Positions 6,198 to 14,211 of a DNA stretch of 27,337 nt are shown piece by piece (the first letter of the stretch is position 1; every line of letters begins with the position of its first letter). Made by a program: the position numbers and the translations under genes. Source of the stretch: a virus; IMG/VR virus record IMGVR_UViG_3300014835_000071, positions 1-27,337 of that record. One strand, 5' to 3'. Under the pieces are notes generated by a model. The model did no database searches. It worked only from the letters and a program-made list of their open reading frames with translations, and was not told the origin of the DNA.

Positions 6198-8447
6198 ATG
6201 GGAAATAGTAATAATGCGGCAACTACCGCAGCAGTGGCAGTCGTGACTACATTGGTGAACACTGGTGCCGTTGGTGCGGTAGGTGGTGCTCTGGGTGGTA
6301 TCGGCGGTGCTATAGGTGGCATAGGTGATGTGCTAAAAGATATATATGGCAATATTATAGAAGTGATTACGTCTGTTGGTACAGAAGTTACTGAAATACC
6401 TAAACAAACATTGCCAATGCCAAATGCACTTGACAAGTATGGCTCGTATACTTACATCCTTGGTATTTCTGGATTAACTGCGGAAGAATTAAATGACCCA
6501 GATGGTACTTATATGAAAGCTGGATACGAACTTCCTATATTGTGTAAATCAGCAAATGCAGATCCCGGTAATCGAATTAACACTCCGTATGGCAAATTTG
6601 ATTTTTTTATTGATCATTTAGAATTACACAGTATGATTGGGATGCAAGATGGCCATAATACTAATGTATATGACATATCATTTAAGATAACGGAGCCATA
6701 CAGCATGGGGTTATTTATGATAGCCTGTCAGCAATTGGCACAAGAAACAGGACATAAAAACTTTATCGGAGCACCGTTATTATTAAGTATTGAATTTAGA
6801 GGAAATACTGACGTCCTTGGTATAGGTATCATGAGTAAGGTAGAAGGTATAGACAGGAAAATATCGTTTAGTATAACAAATATAGAAATGGATGTTACTG
6901 CTGCTGGGAGTGTGTACAGTATACGAGCAATGCCAGTCAATCAAAGTGCGCTGGCTGATGCCAATGTGAAGTTAAAAAGTGATGTAACTATTAGCGGCAC
7001 GACCGTTCAGGAAACATTGCAGACTGGTCCGCGTAGTTTACAAGCAACTATCAATGCTAGGCTTAGGGAAATGGTTGAGCAAAAGCTAGTAAGTGCAGTT
7101 GACGAGATACTAATTATATTTCCGCGAAATGTTGCTTCGGCTAGTGGGACAAGTTCGGGGAGTGATGCTGGTGCTACTACTTCATCTACTACGACTGCCG
7201 CTTTGAATAAAAAACTTGGCGTGACACGCAGTACTGTTAACCAAACATTGGTGCAATCTACTGAGGAATGTAATGCACTTGGTGCTGCTAGCTTAGGATT
7301 TTCAGCAGCACGAGCTGGTACCACCCCGATGAGCAGTGTTGACAAAGTATACGATGCTAAATTAGGAGTTAATATTCGTGCCAACAGTGTTATTGATGTT
7401 GAATCAAGTGATTTTAAATTTGCGCAAGATTCGACAATCATTAATTCTATAAATCAGGTATTATTGCAGAGTACTATTGCTGCAACTACTTTTGATAATG
7501 CCAATCTAACACCCGAGGGATATCGGCGTATGTGGCGTGTTGATACTCAAACATATATTATTGGCGAGGAAACTCTTGAACAAGGAGTTCGGCCATTGCT
7601 CCACGTATATCGAGTAGTTCCGTATGCGGCACATTCTAGTTCAATGATGCCGCCGAATACTAGGGCACCTGGATATGACCAATTGAAATCTCAAGTTATT
7701 AAACAATATGACTATATTTACACTGGTAAGAATGTTGATGTATTGAAGTTTGATATCAAAATTAACAATGGATTTCATCGACAGATGCCAGCCGATGGTG
7801 GTTTTAAGTCGCAGGATATAAAGATGACTGCTACTGGCAGCAGTGGTGGTGTCACTCGTAGTTTATTGAGTGCATTGTTAGGTAAGGGTAAATTGCCAAG
7901 TACCACTACTGGAATTTTGCCTAGTATTGTTAGGTATATCAGTACCGGTACTACTTCTGACAAACGTGGCGGCGGTGGATTAGATAATGAAGGAACTCGT
8001 GCAGCTAGAATGTTCATGGATGCAGTGACATTAGGGCATGACTTGGTAATGCTTAACATGACGATATTGGGGGACGCATATTATATAGTTCAGAGTGGTA
8101 CTGGGAATTATACGTCTGCGGCTTCACAATACATTAATTTAAATACTGACGGAACTATGAATTATCAAAATGGTGAAGTGGTGATTGGGATTAATTTTAG
8201 GACACCAGTTGATATAAATCAACTTAGTGGCTTATATACATTTTCCGATACTTTGCCAGTTATGCAATATAGTGGTATGTATAAACTCAATACCGTAATT
8301 AGTACATTTGCCGATGGCTCTTTCACACAAGTACTTCAGGGCCAACGTATGCCACAACAAGAAAATCCAACGGAAGCAACTGCGGCTGATACGTTTAATA
8401 CCAGCGGTGTTGGTGAAATTTTTGATAATGATTGGTGGCCATTTTGA
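6198..8447 (+). CDS. Baseplate hub-like protein (gp27 / VgrG N-terminal-like), 749 aa
   Basis: Lies between the gp53-like and gp5-like genes; motifs FKITEPYSMGLF, YDYIYTGKNVDV, MTILGDAYY and C-terminal YSGMYKLNTVISTFADGSFTQ, typical of hub C-termini. Confidence 0.6.
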   Translation: MGNSNNAATTAAVAVVTTLVNTGAVGAVGGALGGIGGAIGGIGDVLKDIYGNIIEVITSVGTEVTEIPKQTLPMPNALDKYGSYTYILGISGLTAEELNDPDGTYMKAGYELPILCKSANADPGNRINTPYGKFDFFIDHLELHSMIGMQDGHNTNVYDISFKITEPYSMGLFMIACQQLAQETGHKNFIGAPLLLSIEFRGNTDVLGIGIMSKVEGIDRKISFSITNIEMDVTAAGSVYSIRAMPVNQSALADANVKLKSDVTISGTTVQETLQTGPRSLQATINARLREMVEQKLVSAVDEILIIFPRNVASASGTSSGSDAGATTSSTTTAALNKKLGVTRSTVNQTLVQSTEECNALGAASLGFSAARAGTTPMSSVDKVYDAKLGVNIRANSVIDVESSDFKFAQDSTIINSINQVLLQSTIAATTFDNANLTPEGYRRMWRVDTQTYIIGEETLEQGVRPLLHVYRVVPYAAHSSSMMPPNTRAPGYDQLKSQVIKQYDYIYTGKNVDVLKFDIKINNGFHRQMPADGGFKSQDIKMTATGSSGGVTRSLLSALLGKGKLPSTTTGILPSIVRYISTGTTSDKRGGGGLDNEGTRAARMFMDAVTLGHDLVMLNMTILGDAYYIVQSGTGNYTSAASQYINLNTDGTMNYQNGEVVIGINFRTPVDINQLSGLYTFSDTLPVMQYSGMYKLNTVISTFADGSFTQVLQGQRMPQQENPTEATAADTFNTSGVGEIFDNDWWPF

Positions 8448-10237
8448 AAAGTCCAGATAGTAATGCAGTTTCAATTGGACAATCAGTCTCATCACCTGGT
8501 CCATTTTTGGCAGTTGTAGTTGGACATCTAGATCCAACTAGTATGGGAATTCTGGCAGTTGAAATTTTACGACCAGGTTCCGGTAATGCCAAGAACGAAG
8601 GTGAGATACATCAAGTTCAATATATGAGTCCATTTTATGGAGTCACTGGTGAGTATCATACGTTAGCCGATCCAAATGATTACGGCAATACTCAGAAAAG
8701 TTATGGTATGTGGATGATTCCGCCTGATCCAGGGACTACCGTTATTGTAATTTTTATTGATGGTGATCCAAAACGCGGGTATTGGATTGGCTGCGTTATG
8801 GACAAGGGTATGAATTTTATGGTACCGGGACTTGCTGCAACTGCAGCTGTGGTAGAACCGAAGGCAGGTCGTGTGCCAGTTGCTGAATATAATAAAAAAG
8901 TAGCAGGTAATACAGTTGATGCAACTAAGGTAAAAAAGCCAACACACCCATTTGCAGTAGTGTTGACTAACCAAGGATTAGTTAATGATGACATCCGGGG
9001 AATAACTAGCAGTAGTGCTAGACGAGAAGCTCCTAGTATGGTATTTGGTATTAGTACACCTGGGCCAATTGACAAACGGCAGGGGGCAAAACGTGGACCA
9101 ATTGGTCCAAAAGGAAGTCGAGTAACTAATGCGTATATCAGTAGATTAGGTGGTTCTACATTCGTGATGGATGATGGCGATGATAAATTCATACGTAAAG
9201 GACCGGCTAGTAGTGCTAGTCCAATATACGCGGCAATTGAGCAGGGTGAAACCGGTGGTAATAATACCATTCCGCATAATGAATTGGTTAGAATTAGAAC
9301 TCGTACAGGTCATCAAATATTGTTACATAATTCAGAGGATTTGATTTATATTGGCAATGCTGGTGGAACTGCGTGGGTAGAATTGACCAGTAATGGCAAA
9401 ATTGACATTTATGCAAAAGATAGTATAAGTGTGCGTACTGCCAATGATATTAATTTCACTGCCGACCGTGATATTAATTTTAATGCTGCTGGTGATATTA
9501 ATTTTAATGCTGGTATTAACTTTAACTGTACCGCAGTTAATAATTATAACATCATAGCTGGTAGAGATGGGAAATTGAGTACTGGTGGTAGTAGTAATAT
9601 CAATGCGGTTGGTAATCATGTTGAAACTGCTGCAAGAATTCACATGAATGGCCCTCTGGCATTGATAGCAACCCCTGCGAAGTTGGCCAGACGAGCGCCG
9701 CAGGTGGAACCGTGGGCAGAGCATGAAAATTTGGACCCAGTGGCGTTCAATGTATCGAAGAATGGTGCGATAATAAATCCATTAATTCTACCACCGGCGA
9801 CAACTAAAGGTGGTACTACTATAGGTGGTACTACAACTGGCGGCACGACTGAAGGTGGTACAGTTAGCGGTGGTGTGACAGTTAATGGTACGAATACCGG
9901 TGGTATGGTCACCGGTGGAACTACTACTGGCGGGACTACTACCGGTGGAACTACTACCGGTGGAACTACTATGGATGGTAAGATTTCTGGGATTACCACT
10001 ACCGAGAGTATAACTACCGGTGGGACGACAGTTGGTGGAATAACTACGGGTGGAACTACTACTGGCGGTAAGACTACTGGTGGCATCACTGTTGGTGGGA
10101 CAACTACTGGTGGCAAGACTACTACTATGACTGGAACTACTATGACTACTGCTGCTCGTCCTAGTGTACCAGTTGCTTTTAAGCAGTATACTACCAAGAC
10201 AGATACATTTGCGCAAGTAAAGGGAGCTGAAAAATGA
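8435..10237 (+). CDS. gp5: Baseplate central spike, gp5/VgrG-like (OB-fold + beta-helix), no lysozyme domain, with a Gly/Thr repeat insertion
   Basis: OB-fold motifs GPFLAVVVGHLDPTSMGILAV and YGMWMIPPDPGTTVIVIFIDGDPKRGYWIG; RTRTGHQILL; 8-aa beta-helix repeats DINFxAxx; IHMNG tip motif. Needs a non-ATG start (GTG 8435 or TTG 8432) overlapping the upstream gene. Confidence 0.8.
   Translation: MAILKSPDSNAVSIGQSVSSPGPFLAVVVGHLDPTSMGILAVEILRPGSGNAKNEGEIHQVQYMSPFYGVTGEYHTLADPNDYGNTQKSYGMWMIPPDPGTTVIVIFIDGDPKRGYWIGCVMDKGMNFMVPGLAATAAVVEPKAGRVPVAEYNKKVAGNTVDATKVKKPTHPFAVVLTNQGLVNDDIRGITSSSARREAPSMVFGISTPGPIDKRQGAKRGPIGPKGSRVTNAYISRLGGSTFVMDDGDDKFIRKGPASSASPIYAAIEQGETGGNNTIPHNELVRIRTRTGHQILLHNSEDLIYIGNAGGTAWVELTSNGKIDIYAKDSISVRTANDINFTADRDINFNAAGDINFNAGINFNCTAVNNYNIIAGRDGKLSTGGSSNINAVGNHVETAARIHMNGPLALIATPAKLARRAPQVEPWAEHENLDPVAFNVSKNGAIINPLILPPATTKGGTTIGGTTTGGTTEGGTVSGGVTVNGTNTGGMVTGGTTTGGTTTGGTTTGGTTMDGKISGITTTESITTGGTTVGGITTGGTTTGGKTTGGITVGGTTTGGKTTTMTGTTMTTAARPSVPVAFKQYTTKTDTFAQVKGAEK
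9800..10150 (+). repeat. Pentapeptide (15-bp) repeat array, consensus TTTGG, about 23 units
   Basis: TTKGG TTIGG TTTGG TTEGG TVSGG VTVNG TNTGG MVTGG TTTGG TTTGG TTTGG TTMDG KISGI TTTES ITTGG TTVGG ITTGG TTTGG KTTGG ITVGG TTTGG KTTTM TGTTM; identical ACCGGTGGAACTACT copies at 9911, 9941 and 9956. Confidence 0.95.
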
Positions 10238-10677
10238 GTTCAAATGCTAAATTATATGATAAAATATCAATACCTGCGGTTAGAGTTAATCAAGCAGTAA
10301 CATCTAAGATATACAATGGATTCAGTACTGTAAATACCAATGCTGAAAATTTTAGTTTATATGATTATGAATTGATAAAGCAAGATTTATTAAATCATTT
10401 TTACACCAGGCAAGGTGAACGATTAATGAATCCATCATTTGGTACTATTATATGGGATTTATTATTTGAGCCAATGACTGACCAGACCAAGGCACTTATA
10501 TTACAAAATGTCAATGATATTATAAATTATGACCCACGAATAACAGCATCTGATGTGGTAGTTACCGCATACGAGAGTGGGATACAGATAGAATGTTTGC
10601 TGACGTATAGTATTTACAATATGACACAGGCATTGCGATTGCAATTTGATCAAGCTAATGGGTTACTATTGCAATAA
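10234..10677 (+). CDS. gp25: Baseplate wedge subunit / sheath initiator, T4 gp25-like
   Basis: LIKQDLLNHFYTRQGERLMNPSFGTIIWDLLFEP...NYDPRI signature; ATGA overlap with the spike gene. Confidence 0.92.
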   Translation: MSSNAKLYDKISIPAVRVNQAVTSKIYNGFSTVNTNAENFSLYDYELIKQDLLNHFYTRQGERLMNPSFGTIIWDLLFEPMTDQTKALILQNVNDIINYDPRITASDVVVTAYESGIQIECLLTYSIYNMTQALRLQFDQANGLLLQ

Positions 10678-10730
10678 TTAAACCTACTGATAGTTATATT
10701 GTGAACGATGATGTGGTCGTAGTTCAGACG

Positions 10731-10758
10731 CTAAATATAACTATTAGGATTAATTATG
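10731..10758 (+). promoter_or_regulatory. Second putative late promoter (CTAAATA) plus RBS upstream of the gp6-like gene
   Basis: CTAAATATAACTATTAGGATTAATTATG mirrors the 5042-5073 element and lies in the only sizeable intergenic gap of the structural block. Confidence 0.7.
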
Positions 10759-13700
10759 AGCGCAACAGACAGACAGAACAGACTCTTACTAACGGAAGAT
10801 TGGACTAAAATATACCAATCATTTCGTACTGCTGATTTTCAAAGCTATGATTTTGAAAATTTACGCCGGGTGATGATTGATTATATTCGTCAAAATTATC
10901 CAGAGGATTTCAATGATTACATTGAAAGTTCTGAATATCTAGCATTAATTGATTTAATTGCTTTCATGGGGCAAAGTGTGGCATTTCGGGTTGATCTAAA
11001 TGCCAGGGAAAACTTCTTAGAATTAGCTGAGCGCCGAGATAGTGTATTACGTTTAGCAAGGTTGGTTAGTTATAACGCAAAACGTAATACCCCAGCGCAA
11101 GGATTACTTAAATTTTCAACAGTTCAAACTACTCAAACGATCATTGATAGCAATGGTAGAAATTTAGCTGGTCAACATATATCCTGGAACGATCCTTCGA
11201 ATCCAAATTGGCATGATCAATTTATAAAAGTGGTAAATGCTGCGTTCCCATCCAGTCAGCAATTCGGTAATCCGATTGACAAAAATGTAATATCTGGTAT
11301 TCCATCTGAACAGTACCGATTTTCGGGAGTTAATACAGATGTGCCAATTTATAGTTTTACTAAATCAGTTGCCGGTCGCAATATGAATTTTGAAATTACC
11401 AGTACTACATTTAGTAATCAAAATTATATATATGAAGAAGCACCTAAACTTGGTAATAAAATTGCATGCGTATATCGTGACGATGGCCGTGGGTATGGTA
11501 GTACTGATTCTGGGTTTTATTTTAATTTTACACAAGGTATATTGAGTACTGGTACATTTGCAATTGATCAGCCTAGTCGTAGTGAATCTATTAATATTGA
11601 TTCAGTCAGCATTAATGACAGTGATGTATGGCTATATCAAGTGGATAAAAATGGATATGAATCAGTGCTGTGGACACAGGTTCCAAGTTTTGAAGGTAAT
11701 AATGTAATATATAATAGTCTTGTTAAAAGTTTGCGTAATATTTATGGAGTTACTACACGAGTTAATGATTCGGTCAGTTTAACATTTAGTGATGGGACAT
11801 TTGGCAACTTGCCGCTTGGTACATTCCGGGCTTATTATCGAATCAGTAATGGACTGGTGTATACAATCAACCCACGTGATATTCGTAGCATTGCCATTGC
11901 CATCCCTTATTTGTCCAATCAAGGGCAGCGTGAAACATTATCTATTACTATGAATTTGTCCAATGCGGTGGTAAATTCGGACTCTGCTGAATCCAGTGTT
12001 AGCATCAAGGCAAATGCCCCCGCTACTTATTATACCCAGAATCGAATGATTACTGGCGAGGATTATAATATTAGTCCAATGGGCACAAATCAACAAGTAG
12101 TTAAAGCCAAGGCAGTTAATCGAAGTGCTAGCGGAATAAGTAGGTATTTTGACTTAGTTGATCCAACTGGTAAATATAGCTCTACTAATTTATTTGCTGA
12201 TGATGGTGTGATATATACTGAGGAATATACAACTACCGCTAGATTTTCTTACGGTACCAGACCTGAAATTGCAGGGATGATACATAATGTGGTAATTCCG
12301 ATTATTGAACAGTCTGGCGTTAAAAACTTTTTTTATTCAAAGTTTACGAATTATATTACTGCTAGTTTACAGATTGCGTGGAATTCCGTTATAGTTGATT
12401 CAACTTCGGTCAGTGGGTATGTGAGTAGTCCTGCTGGTACTATTTACTCAGTTGGATCGTATACTATTACTGATCTTAAATATCTAACCCCTGGTGCATT
12501 ACTTAAATTTAGTGCCCCAACTGGTTACTATTTCAATTCAAATAAATCAAATGTACTAGAAGCTGGCACTGCCGTGTCAATTGGTGCAGTTACTGAGATA
12601 TGGGCAGCAGTCGTGTCAGTTGCTGATGATGGCCGTGCTGCTGGGTTGGGTAAATTATCATCTGGTGCTGGTCCAATTGTATTATCTATAGTGGTACCAA
12701 CTGGTGCAGTAATTACACAACTTATTCCAGCATGGCGGACTGTTATAAGCAACGCAGTAGTTACCACTATGATAGATTTGATATTTGCAAACAAACCATT
12801 TGGGTTACGTTATGATGCAATAACTCAAACTTGGCAACTTATTTTTGAAACAAATTTAGATGCTATTTCGTTATTTACGTTAGGTAAACAAGGGATTACT
12901 ACTAACAAACAGCAAGATTCCAGTTGGTTTTTGATGTTTACTACCGATAATGAATATTATACTATTACTTGTAGGGAGTCCAGATTTATATTTGAAAGTG
13001 CTGCTCAACTTAGGTTTTACTTCGACAGCGCAACACGAGCGTATGATAGTCGAACCAATTCAGTGGTCACTGATATGATCAATATTCTTAGTGTAAATAC
13101 TATCCCAGATGGAACTCAATCATTTACCCGAGATCTTAAATGGGACATCGTATCTGAATTTATGGGATTAGATGGATATGTTGATTCTAAAAAAATTGTA
13201 ATTATATTCGCAGATACCGACGCTAATGGCGTGGTTGATGATCCTGAGTTGTTTTTGAATATAGTAGCACCAACGAAAAATCAATTGTCCAAATATATCA
13301 TTTTACAAAAATATACCATAACGGTTGGCCAAGAGGATTACCGTTATGTTGATAATTCTTCTAATGTAGTTATTATTAAAAATTCACAATCTGAAGTAGG
13401 ATCATTACTGCAATATACAACTGGTCAATATTTTTATTTCATTGATATTGATGTAGTTAAGCAATTATCATTGCCGACTGGAAAAATGACACCGACATTA
13501 GATTACAAAGTGTATGTTGGTCGTGATAAATTAAAATTTCAATACACACACCGCGCTGATTATTCCTCAAGGATTGACCCAGGTGTAAGTAATATAATTG
13601 ATATTTACATATTGTCAAGAAGCTATGATCTTGTGTATCGACAATGGTTGGCTGGAGCATCAATAGCTAAACCATTACCGCCGAGTTCTAGTGAATTATA

Positions 13701-14211
13701 TAATATGTTAGCGCCGAATTTAAATTTAATAAAATCAATATCGGATGAAATAATTTATCACCCAGTTAATTATAAGATTTTATTTGGCATTACTGCGACT
13801 CCTGAATTACAAGCAATGTTCAAAATAACTAAAACGCCTGGCCAAGTGGTATCAGATAATGATATAAAAGCTAAAGTGATTAGTGCAATTAATCAATTTT
13901 TTGCGTTGGAAAATTGGGAATTTGGTGACACGTTTTATTTTTCAGAATTAGCCACCTACGTGATGACACAAGTAGCCCCGACTGTATCGACATTTGTAAT
14001 TGTACCAAGGCAAGCCGGTCTTAATTTCGGCAGTTTGTTTGAAATAACTTCATTAAGTAATCAATTGTTCATCAATGGCGCGACTGTCAATGATATTGAT
14101 ATAATTTCTGGCGTTACTGGGAGTAATATAAAGGCGATTAGTGGGACAACAGTTGATTCCACCACATTAACACAGCAATCAGTGACAAGTTCACCATATG
14201 GGAGTCTTTAA
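10756..14211 (+). CDS. gp6: Baseplate wedge subunit, T4 gp6-like (baseplate J family), enlarged to 1151 aa
   Basis: DFENLR...DFNDYIESSE...LIDLIA...NARENFLELAERRDSVLRLARLVSYNAKR; FSDGTFGNLP; IKANAPATYYTQNRMITGEDY; C-terminal FGDTFYFSEL. Confidence 0.9.
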   Translation: MSATDRQNRLLLTEDWTKIYQSFRTADFQSYDFENLRRVMIDYIRQNYPEDFNDYIESSEYLALIDLIAFMGQSVAFRVDLNARENFLELAERRDSVLRLARLVSYNAKRNTPAQGLLKFSTVQTTQTIIDSNGRNLAGQHISWNDPSNPNWHDQFIKVVNAAFPSSQQFGNPIDKNVISGIPSEQYRFSGVNTDVPIYSFTKSVAGRNMNFEITSTTFSNQNYIYEEAPKLGNKIACVYRDDGRGYGSTDSGFYFNFTQGILSTGTFAIDQPSRSESINIDSVSINDSDVWLYQVDKNGYESVLWTQVPSFEGNNVIYNSLVKSLRNIYGVTTRVNDSVSLTFSDGTFGNLPLGTFRAYYRISNGLVYTINPRDIRSIAIAIPYLSNQGQRETLSITMNLSNAVVNSDSAESSVSIKANAPATYYTQNRMITGEDYNISPMGTNQQVVKAKAVNRSASGISRYFDLVDPTGKYSSTNLFADDGVIYTEEYTTTARFSYGTRPEIAGMIHNVVIPIIEQSGVKNFFYSKFTNYITASLQIAWNSVIVDSTSVSGYVSSPAGTIYSVGSYTITDLKYLTPGALLKFSAPTGYYFNSNKSNVLEAGTAVSIGAVTEIWAAVVSVADDGRAAGLGKLSSGAGPIVLSIVVPTGAVITQLIPAWRTVISNAVVTTMIDLIFANKPFGLRYDAITQTWQLIFETNLDAISLFTLGKQGITTNKQQDSSWFLMFTTDNEYYTITCRESRFIFESAAQLRFYFDSATRAYDSRTNSVVTDMINILSVNTIPDGTQSFTRDLKWDIVSEFMGLDGYVDSKKIVIIFADTDANGVVDDPELFLNIVAPTKNQLSKYIILQKYTITVGQEDYRYVDNSSNVVIIKNSQSEVGSLLQYTTGQYFYFIDIDVVKQLSLPTGKMTPTLDYKVYVGRDKLKFQYTHRADYSSRIDPGVSNIIDIYILSRSYDLVYRQWLAGASIAKPLPPSSSELYNMLAPNLNLIKSISDEIIYHPVNYKILFGITATPELQAMFKITKTPGQVVSDNDIKAKVISAINQFFALENWEFGDTFYFSELATYVMTQVAPTVSTFVIVPRQAGLNFGSLFEITSLSNQLFINGATVNDIDIISGVTGSNIKAISGTTVDSTTLTQQSVTSSPYGSL

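Noticed and set aside
5025-9724. Multiple 65-189 aa minus-strand ORFs opposite the structural genes
   Set aside because: Fully antisense to well-supported genes, with no recognisable motifs.
9800-10150. CRISPR array or DGR-type repeat
   Set aside because: The units are contiguous in-frame 15-mers without spacers; no cas or reverse transcriptase gene is present.
9640-10243. Minus-strand ORFs 9640-10197 (VVPP repeats) and 9788-10243 (Ser-rich)
   Set aside because: Antisense shadows of the stop-poor Gly/Thr repeat in the spike gene; no independent signals.
5071-14211. Interpretation as an eCIS, T6SS or tailocin locus
   Set aside because: Adjacent gp55/gp47/gp46-like genes and late-type promoters indicate a lytic phage genome.
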